From a candidate division TM6 bacterium GW2011_GWF2_28_16 (GTDB lineage Bacteria > Patescibacteriota > Microgenomatia > UBA1400 > PJMF01): a DNA stretch of 64,000 bases. How positions within the stretch are numbered: the first letter of the stretch is position 1; every line of letters starts with the position of its first letter. Shown here in pieces: positions 19,496-29,484 of this stretch. Below the pieces are notes generated by a model. That model ran no database searches and had not been told where the DNA came from. It saw nothing but the letters and a program-made list of their open reading frames with translations. The position numbers and the translations under genes were made by a program. The DNA is taken from positions 259,407 to 323,406 of the forward strand of contig CP011212.1 in NCBI GenBank assembly GCA_001029715.1. The letters are read 5' to 3'.

Positions 19496-20463
19496 GATTC
19501 TTGAATTGCTTTGAGATATAAATCAGCTAATTTTTTAAAACTATGGTTTTTAGCTAATTGATAATTTTTATCGAGTATTCCCCTTTGTTTTTTTATGGTT
19601 AAATGATTCTTGAATAATTTTTCAGCATTGTTTGCACAAGCGATTCCATCAGCAAATGGGCTATCTAATAAATAATCTTTCTTTAAGTCATTCTGATATG
19701 CACTGAGCACATTATTTTTATAAGCCATGGCTTCTAAGATAGAGAGATAGCCACCCGAGAAACAGTTGGCAGATTTTTCTAAATATTTTCTGACATCAAC
19801 GAAACCGAGCACCTCACCATATTTTTGGCATTCTTTTTTCATCAGACCATCGCCACAGAATTTAACGGAAAAAATTATGTTTTCTTTTGATAAAATATCT
19901 AAGAACTCTAAAAAAATTGATAAACCAGTGTCTTTTTCTAATCTACCAATAAAGAGAAAGCTATCTTTTTCTTTTTCAATGACGCTAATTTCTTTTGCAG
20001 GGAGAGCTACACCCCCATAGTTTAAATAATTATTCTTATTATCTAATTGATAATATTTATTTATATATCTGCCAATGCTGATGGTTTTATTAGAAAGTGT
20101 TTGGGCAAGCTTTTTGTAAAAAATATTTTTAAGAGGAATGGGGTAGATTTTTTCCCAACCATGAAAAGTAGTAATGACTTTTTTCTTTGGGAAAAGAATT
20201 CTAAATGGCAGATAATATATAAAGACATCGTGAATGAAAACAATTTCTGCCTCTTTGATTTGTTTTATTCTTTTAGACAAAGCCCACCAAATTTGTAGCA
20301 AACCAAAGAATTTCAGCATTTTTTTATCAGTAAAAATCTCTCTTTTACTAATGATTTCTATCTCGAGACCAGCTTTTTTTAGGTAGGGCAAAATCGAGGC
20401 AATGTGTTTTTCAACACCGCCAATTTCTGGAAGATATGATTCTGTAATGATTAATGCTTTCAT
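19492..20463 (-). CDS. Glycosyltransferase family 4
   Basis: PEIGGVEKH, FIGRLEKDTG, SILEAMA; ATG at 20463. Confidence 0.87.
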   Translation of the reverse strand: MKALIITESYLPEIGGVEKHIASILPYLKKAGLEIEIISKREIFTDKKMLKFFGLLQIWWALSKRIKQIKEAEIVFIHDVFIYYLPFRILFPKKKVITTFHGWEKIYPIPLKNIFYKKLAQTLSNKTISIGRYINKYYQLDNKNNYLNYGGVALPAKEISVIEKEKDSFLFIGRLEKDTGLSIFLEFLDILSKENIIFSVKFCGDGLMKKECQKYGEVLGFVDVRKYLEKSANCFSGGYLSILEAMAYKNNVLSAYQNDLKKDYLLDSPFADGIACANNAEKLFKNHLTIKKQRGILDKNYQLAKNHSFKKLADLYLKAIQES

Positions 20464-20487
20464 GCTAAGTCGGGTTATAATTAAGAT

Positions 20488-21426
20488 ATGTCTAGTTTGA
20501 TTGATTATAGAAAAATCTCTGTTTCTTTGATAGCGACAGTTTTTAATGAAGAAAACAATATTATTGAATTTTTGGAAAGTTATAAAAGGCAAAGCGTTTT
20601 GGCCAATGATTTTATTATTGTGGATGCTTTTTCCAGTGATCAGACTTATCCAATTATTAAAAAATTTAGCCTAGAAAATCCAAAATTAAAGATTAGGCTT
20701 TTTCGTAAAAAATCTAATCGTAGCCAAGCTAGAAATTTTGCAGTGGAGAAATCACAGTCAGATTATTTAGCTTTTACTGATGCTGGTTGCGTGCTTGATC
20801 AATTATGGCTCAAAGAGTTGCTAGATAAATTGGCAAGTTCACAAAAAAAAGTAGTGGGAGGGTTTTTTAGAGGGATTTCTAAAAATAATTTAGAAGAGGC
20901 GATAGTCCCCTATTTTTTACAATTAAATAGAAATGTCAATGAAAAAAATTTCACCCCCACTACCCGTTCACTCTTAATTGAAAAAAGGCTTTGGCAAAAG
21001 TTAGGAGGTCTCAATGAAAAGTTGGAATTGAGTGAGGACTATCAATTAATGTTGAGAATCAAACAAGAAAAAATTGAGATAACCTTTGCTAAAAAAGCGG
21101 TCGTTTTTTGGTATCCACCAAAATCTTTTTCATCTTTTTTAAAGAAGATAACTTCTTTTGCCAAAAGCGATATTGAAGCGGGAATTATTAGGCTAAAAGT
21201 TTTATCTATTTTTGCTAGGTATTTTCTTCTTGTTTTGATTCTTATTGAAAATCCTTTTATTTTTCTTCTAGCTTTTTTACTCTATATATTTTGGAGTATC
21301 AGTAAAAATATGCACAACTGTCCGAATTCTTGGTATTATTTGCCGGTTTTACAAATTAGTTCTGACTTCGGAATAATGATCGCTAGCTTATTGGCTTTGC
21401 CTAAATTTAAATCAAGAGCTCTTTAA
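20488..21426 (+). CDS. Glycosyltransferase family 2
   Basis: VFNEE, IVDAFSSD, ARN, FTDAGC, SED. Confidence 0.9.
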   Translation: MSSLIDYRKISVSLIATVFNEENNIIEFLESYKRQSVLANDFIIVDAFSSDQTYPIIKKFSLENPKLKIRLFRKKSNRSQARNFAVEKSQSDYLAFTDAGCVLDQLWLKELLDKLASSQKKVVGGFFRGISKNNLEEAIVPYFLQLNRNVNEKNFTPTTRSLLIEKRLWQKLGGLNEKLELSEDYQLMLRIKQEKIEITFAKKAVVFWYPPKSFSSFLKKITSFAKSDIEAGIIRLKVLSIFARYFLLVLILIENPFIFLLAFLLYIFWSISKNMHNCPNSWYYLPVLQISSDFGIMIASLLALPKFKSRAL

Positions 21427-22679
21427 TCATAGATTTCTAAAACTTTATTATGATATTTTTTTGCCAATTTGATAGAAATAGGTAATAACAAAAAGATACT
21501 CCCAAGGCCCATGATTAAGAAAATTATCCTAAGAGCTTGCTCTGTATATTCATTAAGAACCGAGAATATAGCCAGTATTAATATAAAGGCTAAACTAATC
21601 ATCATGCTTAAGCTAGAGATGGCAGTAGCTCTATTTTTGGAACTATAGCATTGGTTGCTGAGTTTTCCTAAAACATTCCAACGCATAGAAGAGACAATGA
21701 AAACCACAAATATAATAACCACCATGCTTGGTACCTGATAGAAATAACTTAAAGGTAAAAAGATGCTAAGCAAAATAGCTGGCATTAAGAAAACCACTTT
21801 CATTTTTTCGAATACTTTCTTCCTGATAAGAACATGCAAAAACTGAACGGCAAACAAAGACAAAAAGGCTAAAATAAAACCCATGTTTTTTTCGCTCACT
21901 CCCAAATCAACCAAGGCAAAATTTTTAAAACTAAGCACAATTGGCCAAGTAAATGCTCCAACTAAAATATAGAAAAGAGAAATATCTCTAGATTGTTTAT
22001 TTTTAAATAATTCTTTAAATCCCATTTTGGTTTGTAGTAGATAATTTTTTAAAGTAAATTTTTCACTATCAATATCTGGTTCTATGAATTTCAAAGATAT
22101 AAAGGTTGCTATTAAAAAAGAAATACCTGTTAGCACTGATGGCAAGTGATAATGTTTTTCAAATATTAGTCCACCGATGATGATGGCTGCAAAAATACTG
22201 TAATTAAAGATTAAGTTATTTTTGTTACTAATTTCACTGAAAGCTGCTTCTTTTTTATTTTGTTTGAGAGTGTCAAAAACTAGAGCTTCCAGGGCGCCAC
22301 TCATTAAAGCATCACCTAGTCCAAATCCTAATCCAGCAATCAAAAACAAGGAAAAACTATCAGCATAAGCAAATAAAAAATAAGCCATTGCGCTAACAAA
22401 AAATGAGATGCTAACACTTTTTTTTCTGCCGATTAAATCAGCTAGGGCACCGGTTGGCAATTCCAAAATAATAGCACTAAATAAAATGACCATGTCAATA
22501 ATAGCGACTTGAGTTAAAGTAATGTATTTTAGTTCCATAGATACCCAGACTGGTACCATAAAGAACAAAGAACGAAAAACACTCAATATTCTTAAATAGA
22601 AAATATTGTTGTTATATAAATTTTGATTACGATCTGTGGTTTTTTCTGGAAATCTAAATAATTTCTCAATACTAAACAT
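21423..22679 (-). CDS. MFS transporter
   Basis: ELPTGALADLIGRKKS; about 12 TM; RATAISS. Confidence 0.9.
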   Translation of the reverse strand: MFSIEKLFRFPEKTTDRNQNLYNNNIFYLRILSVFRSLFFMVPVWVSMELKYITLTQVAIIDMVILFSAIILELPTGALADLIGRKKSVSISFFVSAMAYFLFAYADSFSLFLIAGLGFGLGDALMSGALEALVFDTLKQNKKEAAFSEISNKNNLIFNYSIFAAIIIGGLIFEKHYHLPSVLTGISFLIATFISLKFIEPDIDSEKFTLKNYLLQTKMGFKELFKNKQSRDISLFYILVGAFTWPIVLSFKNFALVDLGVSEKNMGFILAFLSLFAVQFLHVLIRKKVFEKMKVVFLMPAILLSIFLPLSYFYQVPSMVVIIFVVFIVSSMRWNVLGKLSNQCYSSKNRATAISSLSMMISLAFILILAIFSVLNEYTEQALRIIFLIMGLGSIFLLLPISIKLAKKYHNKVLEIYD

Positions 22680-22698
22680 CCGATAATTCTATCAGAAA

Positions 22699-23571
22699 TT
22701 AACCTTTTTTACTTGAGAAGCCACAAACGAAATCTTTTTCAACGCAACCAGCGCATTTGTGTCCGTAATATTTATCATCCCAAGCTGCAAGGCGATTTTT
22801 TAAAGACGTAATGATTTCTTCGCTATTGCTTTTAATATTGCCAATTGGTCTAATGCCTTCACAGCAGCCGTAAACTTGTCCATCAGACATTAAAGATACT
22901 TGGAAGCAACCAAGATCTTTTGGTGGAAAGGTTTGGCGTTTACTCATCAACTGTTTGATTTCTTCTTTATCTAAAAAATTAAAACCTTCAACTCGCCCAA
23001 CGATGTTGGAAATGGGGTGTTTTTGCAGGTAGCTCATTGGTTTTCGTGGATGGTAGGTCACAACAATTTTTTTACCAAAAATTTTTTCCAGCTCTTGCTC
23101 AAAATCATTGATTTGTTTCAAGTTTTCTTTAGTCACAATAGAGAAAATTTCAAAATGAAAACCAAGTTTTTGAGCTTTTTGAAGGAGAGTAATGCTTTTT
23201 TGAAAGTTGCCGGCGCCACGATTTTGGTCATGGTATTCTTCGAGCCCATCAATAGAAATGATTAAGTTGACCATATTGCTTTGTTCGATTTCTTCCAAGC
23301 GATCAATGGTGCCATTGCTAATGATTTGTACAAAAACACCTTTTTTCGTAAGTTCATTTATGAGGGCTGGAAAGTCTTTGAGCAAAAAAACTTCTCCGCC
23401 ACAAAAAGTGACACTTTCTAATTCTTGGATTTCTTGGTAGCGATTGATAAAATCTAAAATTTCCTGATTGCTGAGGACAAATTTAGTCTTTTTGGTATAA
23501 CAAATTTTGCAATTAAGATTGCAACGCTCCAGAGGATTAATGTAGAGGTGTTTGAGTTGATTTATTTTCAC
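22699..23571 (-). CDS. Radical SAM protein with C-terminal Cys cluster (SPASM/twitch-like)
   Basis: CNLNCKIC, GGE, ISIDG, C..DGQVYGCC..CAGC....C. Confidence 0.88.
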   Translation of the reverse strand: MKINQLKHLYINPLERCNLNCKICYTKKTKFVLSNQEILDFINRYQEIQELESVTFCGGEVFLLKDFPALINELTKKGVFVQIISNGTIDRLEEIEQSNMVNLIISIDGLEEYHDQNRGAGNFQKSITLLQKAQKLGFHFEIFSIVTKENLKQINDFEQELEKIFGKKIVVTYHPRKPMSYLQKHPISNIVGRVEGFNFLDKEEIKQLMSKRQTFPPKDLGCFQVSLMSDGQVYGCCEGIRPIGNIKSNSEEIITSLKNRLAAWDDKYYGHKCAGCVEKDFVCGFSSKKG

Positions 23572-23590
23572 GCTTGGCTATTTTAGCACC

Positions 23591-24379
23591 TTAGAAAAGA
23601 GCTGAACCAAATATCAGCAATAAAACACTAGCCATCACAATGCGGTAAATGCCAAAGCCAGTTAAAGTGTGTTTCTGCAAGTAGGCAATAAACCACTTGA
23701 GGACAAAAAAGGCGACGACAAAGGCGGTGACAAAACCAATAGCTGTTAGCAATATTTCTTCTGAAGAAAGAGTAGTTTTGCCTATTAATTTAAACATGTC
23801 GTAGCCAGCAGCAGCACAGATAGTGGGAAGAGCAAGTAAGAAAGAATATTTAGCAGCTTGAGAACGTTTTTGACCCATGACCATCATGCTTAGCATCACT
23901 GCTCCAGCGCGAGAAACGCCTGGCAAAGTAGCCAATGCCTGGCCAATACCGATTACGATACTTTGTTTCCAAGTCAGATCTTTAATTTCTTTGTCAATTT
24001 TTTTGTTCTTTTTGAGTTGCCATTCGTAAACAATAAAAATAATACCAACTAGCATAAAGGAACCAATCATTAGCCAGTCAGTCTCAAAGAAAAAGCTTTT
24101 AATAATTGAATGTAAAAGAAAGCCGACGATGGCGGTTGGAATAAAAGACAGAATAATTTTTTTATCAAGTTCACGATCTTGCCAAAGTTCTTTACCATAT
24201 AAAAAGAGGACGGCAATGATGGCTCCAGCTTGGATAAAAACTTCAAAAAACTTAAGAAAATCACTATTCTCAATCATTAAGAATTTGCTAACAAAAATCA
24301 AATGAAAAGTAGAGGAAATAGGCAGGAATTCTGTTAATCCTTCAATGATGCCTAGTACGAATGATTGCCAGATTTCCAT
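23591..24379 (-). CDS. uppP: Undecaprenyl-diphosphate phosphatase
   Basis: EGLTEFLPISSTFH, PGVSRAG, SFLLALP. Confidence 0.95.
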   Translation of the reverse strand: MEIWQSFVLGIIEGLTEFLPISSTFHLIFVSKFLMIENSDFLKFFEVFIQAGAIIAVLFLYGKELWQDRELDKKIILSFIPTAIVGFLLHSIIKSFFFETDWLMIGSFMLVGIIFIVYEWQLKKNKKIDKEIKDLTWKQSIVIGIGQALATLPGVSRAGAVMLSMMVMGQKRSQAAKYSFLLALPTICAAAGYDMFKLIGKTTLSSEEILLTAIGFVTAFVVAFFVLKWFIAYLQKHTLTGFGIYRIVMASVLLLIFGSALF

Positions 24380-24512
24380 AATGAGCTGATTTTATCAAAG
24401 TAAAAGCTAATGATATAGTAGCGACTAAGCTGTTAGAATAGAAAATCACCGCATATAGAATATTATATATTCAACGCGATCTATATGTTGTATAATTTTT
24501 TGAGGAAAAAAT

Positions 24513-25016
24513 ATGACGATTTTGATGACCACTTTATTTTTTTTAGTAGCTCTTATTTTTGCAGTGCCTGCTAAAGCAGTTTGTCCAATTTGTACAATAG
24601 CAGTAGCTGGTGGTTTAGGAGTTTCTAGATGGATCGGCATTGATGATTCAGTGATGGGTATTTGGATTGGCGGCTTGATTCTCTCTAGTGGTTTTTGGAT
24701 GGCTGACTTTATTAGCAAAAAAACTTTGAAAATTCCTTATCCAAAATTGCTTTCTATTTTAGTGATGGTTCTTTTTGTAGTTCCACCTCTATATTGGTCT
24801 CATATTATGGGCATAGTAGGCAATACTCTTTGGGGAATTGACAAAATTCTTTTAGGCACAATTGTAGGCTCAGGATTATTTTTTGCTGGGATGAAATTAG
24901 ATCAATGGCTACGCACTACCAATGAAGACAAAGTTTATATTTATTACCAAAAAGTTATCGCTCCAGTGTTTTTCTTAACCTTGGGGAGTTTTATTTTCTT
25001 TTTGATCACTCTTTAA
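24513..25016 (+). CDS. Membrane protein with N-terminal CPxC motif
   Basis: AVCPICT followed by several TM helices. Confidence 0.8.
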   Translation: MTILMTTLFFLVALIFAVPAKAVCPICTIAVAGGLGVSRWIGIDDSVMGIWIGGLILSSGFWMADFISKKTLKIPYPKLLSILVMVLFVVPPLYWSHIMGIVGNTLWGIDKILLGTIVGSGLFFAGMKLDQWLRTTNEDKVYIYYQKVIAPVFFLTLGSFIFFLITL

Positions 25017-25047
25017 TTAAAAATTCTCAAAGGGGAAGCTAAAAATT

Positions 25048-25617
25048 ATGAAAAAAACAAAATCAGTTCAACCAGATATCAATAAGTTCATGAGCAAAGT
25101 AAAGGCCATGGAAAAAGGTCATGAGCTCGATCTGTCTTCTGATGAAGATTTATCGATGGCGATCATGAATCTGATTTCTATGGAAGAACATTTTTTCTTT
25201 ACTTATAATAAGACTGGCGATGCTAAATACCTAGATTTACTCAATGAAATTCGAGAAATGCGTAAGACCGCTCTTAAACGCATTATTAAAGATTACGAAG
25301 GAGAAGTTTGGTGTATTAGTAAACATTTACTGGCTGCTTCAATGAGATTTATGGAGGTAGGAACAAAAGCTTTGACCAAGGGTGATAAAAAAGGCAGCGA
25401 AGAAATGTTCCAGAATTCCTACAAGCTTTATTCTTTGTTTTGGGGTTTAAATCTGAATTTGGTTGGTACTAAAGAGATTGGCAGTGTTAAACAAAGTAAG
25501 TCAGCCAAGATTTCTTTTATCAGCGAAGACAAAAAACCAAAAGAGAATGGTGTGGCTAGTATCTTAGATAAATTGGGAGAGGTGGTTAAGAAAGCGGTTG
25601 ATTGTTGTAAAGAATAG
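25048..25617 (+). CDS. Hypothetical helical protein with C-terminal DCCxE
   Basis: NLISMEEHFF, WCISKHLL, terminal DCCKE. Confidence 0.8.
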   Translation: MKKTKSVQPDINKFMSKVKAMEKGHELDLSSDEDLSMAIMNLISMEEHFFFTYNKTGDAKYLDLLNEIREMRKTALKRIIKDYEGEVWCISKHLLAASMRFMEVGTKALTKGDKKGSEEMFQNSYKLYSLFWGLNLNLVGTKEIGSVKQSKSAKISFISEDKKPKENGVASILDKLGEVVKKAVDCCKE

Positions 25618-26860
25618 ATTTCATAATTGGTAAGACAATTGTATCAAGCAGAATCTTATTCACATCTGCTCTGCGATCTGGATTTATCCATCCAGAAGTT
25701 TCTAAAGACCAACATCGATCCATACCCCAACGTACTATAGCTGTTTCAAAGTTTTTATTGTGTGTTTCTTTTGTAATGGGGACCACTTCTTTTGTACTTT
25801 TATTTATTTCTTCTGAAGCTGGTAATTGTGCATAGCCATCAACAAATAAGTTCATTCCAAGAAGCTTATCGGTAATATCATCAATACCATTTAGCAATGG
25901 TAGACCCTGTGCCCTCATCGTATTTTGAAAATTAAGAACGCACTCTTGTATAAATTTTTCATTTTTTGGATCCATTTTTTCATTGTTGGAAAAAAAGTTA
26001 GGAGTGTCATACATATAACAACCACTTTGTTTTTCAACTTGTTCTCCGTTTTCATTAATTTGAGTAGTGGTGGACCAATTGTCGGCGTGAAAACTAAAAC
26101 CATGTTTTGCTTGAGGAGCATACGTTTTAATTGCTTTTAAAAGCTGGCCAGCTTTAGGAAATAATTGATCTGGAGATGGAGTTACACCTTCTTCTAACTC
26201 TATAAATTGTCTGTTGAGGTCAACATAAGAAGTTTCGTTTCCATTTTCATCTTCACCATTAGATATATAAGAACCACTTTCAGTTAGATATTTGGTGAAA
26301 AGTAATTTGTTAATTGATCCATCTGTATTAAGAATCTCCTCTCGTTGTTTTGGATTAATTCTTTTGGCTTCGACCATTCTGTCTAATAATTCTTGATCAA
26401 GTTGTACTCCTCGATTTTTTTGTAAATATGCTTCTTCATTGGCACGGGGAATAATCAGTACATTCTTCATGGCAGGATCATCTCTTAATATTTTCTCAGT
26501 TAATTGTAAAAACATAGGAATAGCTGGACCAGGTTCATCGCCGTGAATGTGGGACACTATTACCACATTAGGATCGCCAATGCGATAAATGATCATTGGG
26601 TTGCATCCTGCTTCTTCAACAACAATTTTTTCTACTTTACCTGACTTTTCAAGTATTTTTGAAGCTTCTTGAAATTGATACTCCTGATAATCCCAATCAA
26701 AAACTGTTTCTTTGCTTTGCAGATCTTGGTGTTCTTTGGGATTACCTAAAGCGTGACTTTGAGCTTTTGCCTGATCGAAGGCAAGGGAGTCAAGACTGGA
26801 CCTATCAAATTCTTTAAAAGTTGCTTCAGAGTTTTTAAGCATAGTTTGATTATAAACCAA
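25586..26860 (-). CDS. M14-type Zn peptidase (AstE/AspA-like)
   Basis: HGDEP, NR, DLNRQF, SFH, LET. Confidence 0.72.
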   Translation of the reverse strand: MVYNQTMLKNSEATFKEFDRSSLDSLAFDQAKAQSHALGNPKEHQDLQSKETVFDWDYQEYQFQEASKILEKSGKVEKIVVEEAGCNPMIIYRIGDPNVVIVSHIHGDEPGPAIPMFLQLTEKILRDDPAMKNVLIIPRANEEAYLQKNRGVQLDQELLDRMVEAKRINPKQREEILNTDGSINKLLFTKYLTESGSYISNGEDENGNETSYVDLNRQFIELEEGVTPSPDQLFPKAGQLLKAIKTYAPQAKHGFSFHADNWSTTTQINENGEQVEKQSGCYMYDTPNFFSNNEKMDPKNEKFIQECVLNFQNTMRAQGLPLLNGIDDITDKLLGMNLFVDGYAQLPASEEINKSTKEVVPITKETHNKNFETAIVRWGMDRCWSLETSGWINPDRRADVNKILLDTIVLPIMKSILYNNQPLS

Positions 26861-26870
26861 AGTTTTTTAT

Positions 26871-27884
26871 TTATTTTACCCTTTCCAACTCAGGAAAAAG
26901 TAAATACAAAAACTCTCTAGCTGCATGACGATTTTTACCCTCATATGGATAATCATGGATATCAAATCCAGGTGAGTCATTAATTTCGATAATTACATAA
27001 CTGTCTTTATTTTGTTTTTTGCTGACGTCAGTACTCATAAAATCAATACCGGCAAAGGATAATCCAGGAATAGTGCGAATTGCTTTGATAGCAATTTCTT
27101 TTACAGATGAGTGGATTTGATCAGTAAAATCGATAGCATCTCCTCCTTGAGAAATATTGGAAACTTTTCTAAGAAAAACTCTCTTTCCTTTTTTAGGAAT
27201 GTTTTCGAGGTCTAACTTTTGTTCCTCAAGATATTCCTTCAATTTTTTATCAATTCTGATTTTTAAGTGAGATCTATTGCTACCTTTTTCTCCACGAATA
27301 TCTTCTTGGTTTTTTATTTTAATCAGCTGTTTAATATTATTTTTTCCGTCACCAATGACATTTGCTGGAATTCTTTTCACCACGCCAATGACTTTTTCTC
27401 TAGTGGCTAGGATTCGATATTCTTCTCCGGTAAACATTTCTTCGATGACGGCGCCAGTTTTTTTGCCTCGAGAATAGGCAAAAGCAAGCCTAATTGCTTC
27501 TAAGTATTTATCAAAAGAATTGAGATCGAGGGTGATATTTTCTCCCCAAGTTCCACTAAGTGGTTTAACTACGAGTGGTTTTTTTAATTTTTCAAAAATA
27601 TCACGAAGATACTTTTTGTCACTGTCTTGATTTATGTGATAGCTTTTTGGAGCATTAATTCCAGCCTGTTGGAGTAAATTATTGGTAATTTTCTTGTTTC
27701 TACAGATATAATGAGCAAGAGCAGTGCATGAGGAAGGAACCTGATGATGGTAGGATTTTTCTTGTCCTTTATAAGTTAAAGAAATAATTTCTGTTCCTGG
27801 AATAATTTTCCAAGTAATTCCGTGTTTTTCTGCCTCTTTGATAATAATTCTAGAACTGTTGGTTAAGTTGTTTCCTTTTTTCAA
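26871..27884 (-). CDS. ATP-grasp ligase (cyanophycin synthetase/GshAB C-terminal-like)
   Basis: PLVVKP, EYRIL, RIPANVIGDG, NISQGG..D.TD, GIDF, IEINDSPG. Confidence 0.85.
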   Translation of the reverse strand: MKKGNNLTNSSRIIIKEAEKHGITWKIIPGTEIISLTYKGQEKSYHHQVPSSCTALAHYICRNKKITNNLLQQAGINAPKSYHINQDSDKKYLRDIFEKLKKPLVVKPLSGTWGENITLDLNSFDKYLEAIRLAFAYSRGKKTGAVIEEMFTGEEYRILATREKVIGVVKRIPANVIGDGKNNIKQLIKIKNQEDIRGEKGSNRSHLKIRIDKKLKEYLEEQKLDLENIPKKGKRVFLRKVSNISQGGDAIDFTDQIHSSVKEIAIKAIRTIPGLSFAGIDFMSTDVSKKQNKDSYVIIEINDSPGFDIHDYPYEGKNRHAAREFLYLLFPELERVK

Positions 27885-28031
27885 ACCACTGGGTGAAAAA
27901 TATTCATAAGTTAGTTTTGGCAGAGAGATCCTTTTCTGGTCTAACGAGATTTGGCGATTTTTTATTTGTTATAAAATAACGTTGATAAATCGAGGTTAAA
28001 GATGATTTATTATAGCACTTTTTGGCTATTT

Positions 28032-28117
28032 TGGCGGAGGTGACAGGATTCGAACCTGTGAAGCTGTGAAGCTCTAGTTTTCAAGACTAGCGCAATTGGC
28101 CACTATGCGACACCTCC
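28032..28117 (-). tRNA. tRNA-Ser(TGA)
   Basis: GGAGGTG/CACCTCC acceptor, CTAGT-CTTGAAA-ACTAG anticodon arm, long variable arm, encoded GCCA. Confidence 0.95.
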
Positions 28118-28253
28118 TTTTGCTTGATTAAAGAGCGAAAGATAGATTATATCAGTCTTGCCTAGTATTTTACAGTAAATTTGCCTTGAGCTGAAGAGTA
28201 GAAAGCCAAAGAAAAGACTCTCCAACACAAAGTAAAAATCGTGTATATTAGAT

Positions 28254-28916
28254 GTGATGTTAGAAAAGATCAAAGCTGCCCTCTTTGGCAATCAAGTCGA
28301 AGAAAAACTAGGTCCTGAACCTGAGTCAACTGCACAAACGCAAGCTCAGGCTGATCAGGAATCTAGTGTTCGCATGCCTGGTCAATTTAAAATGGAAAAG
28401 TCTAGGGTAGCTCCAGGTCTTTATAGGCCAATTCCAGAAGAAACTTTAGTTGAATGGAATGCTCCAGCTAGACCATTTAAAAAACGTAAACGTCAATTTT
28501 TCAGTACAATCATTATTATTGCTATTTTGGTTTCCTTAATTCTATTTTTTGCTGGTCAAGTTTTGCCAGTGGCGGTGGTAATTTCAATTGTATTTTTAGT
28601 TTATGTGACAGCAGTGATTCCTCCTCAAGAAGTGCATTATAAATTGACCAATTATGGCATTTATGTCGAAAAAGAAGCTTTTTCCTGGCTAGTGATGGGA
28701 CGATTTTGGTTCGATGATAAAGCTGGACAGCGGGTTTTAGAAATTGAGCTTTATAAATTTCCAGGTCGTTTAACTTTTGTTTTAGTTGAAGGTCAGTCTC
28801 CCAGAGAAAAAGATCTAGAAGCTGTCCTATCTGAAGTTTTAATAGAAGAAAAACCAGAACTTACTACCTATGAGAAAGCTGCTGATTGGCTCAAAGAAAA
28901 AGTCCCTCTAGAGTAA
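28254..28916 (+). CDS. Hypothetical 2-TM protein
   Basis: WNAPARPFKKR, two TM helices, C-terminal beta domain. Confidence 0.75.
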   Translation: MMLEKIKAALFGNQVEEKLGPEPESTAQTQAQADQESSVRMPGQFKMEKSRVAPGLYRPIPEETLVEWNAPARPFKKRKRQFFSTIIIIAILVSLILFFAGQVLPVAVVISIVFLVYVTAVIPPQEVHYKLTNYGIYVEKEAFSWLVMGRFWFDDKAGQRVLEIELYKFPGRLTFVLVEGQSPREKDLEAVLSEVLIEEKPELTTYEKAADWLKEKVPLE

Positions 28917-28944
28917 TGGCCTTATTTTTTGTTATGATGAGTTT

Positions 28945-29484
28945 ATGAATAAAACTGCTCTCCTGCAAACCATTTCAACAATAGTTGGCAGCAAATTACA
29001 GTTGGCTGTTTTATTTTCTTTTTTGATTTTCTTTATTCCTGCTTTTGTGCATCAGCAATTTCTAACTGGTCCAATTATTAATGCTCTACTAATCTTGTCG
29101 TTTATATATTTAGGTAAAAGTAAGGCTCTTTTCTTGGCTTTAATTCCTAGTACAGTCGCCCTTTCTAGAGGATTATTGCCCTTAGCTTTAGCTCCGATGG
29201 TGCCTTTTATTATGATTAGCAATTGTCTTTACATTATTATTTTTGCCAAACTTCAAGCTAAATCTCAGACTAAAAATTTCTTAGCTATTCTTCTCGCTGC
29301 TTTAGCTAAGACAACTTTCTTATTTGTAATTTCTAAGTTGCTGATGGAAAAAATCTTAGTAGCTACTTTAGCTTCCAAGATCGCTATGATGATGTCTTGG
29401 CCACAATTATGGACGGCAGTAGTAGGTGGAATTATGGCTTTATTAATTAGTCAAGCGCTACAGAAAAAATATGTATCAAGATGA
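28945..29484 (+). CDS. ECF transporter S-component-like membrane protein
   Basis: QQFLTGPIINALL, PMVPFIMISN, PQLWTAVVGG; 6 TM; overlaps the next gene. Confidence 0.72.
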   Translation: MNKTALLQTISTIVGSKLQLAVLFSFLIFFIPAFVHQQFLTGPIINALLILSFIYLGKSKALFLALIPSTVALSRGLLPLALAPMVPFIMISNCLYIIIFAKLQAKSQTKNFLAILLAALAKTTFLFVISKLLMEKILVATLASKIAMMMSWPQLWTAVVGGIMALLISQALQKKYVSR

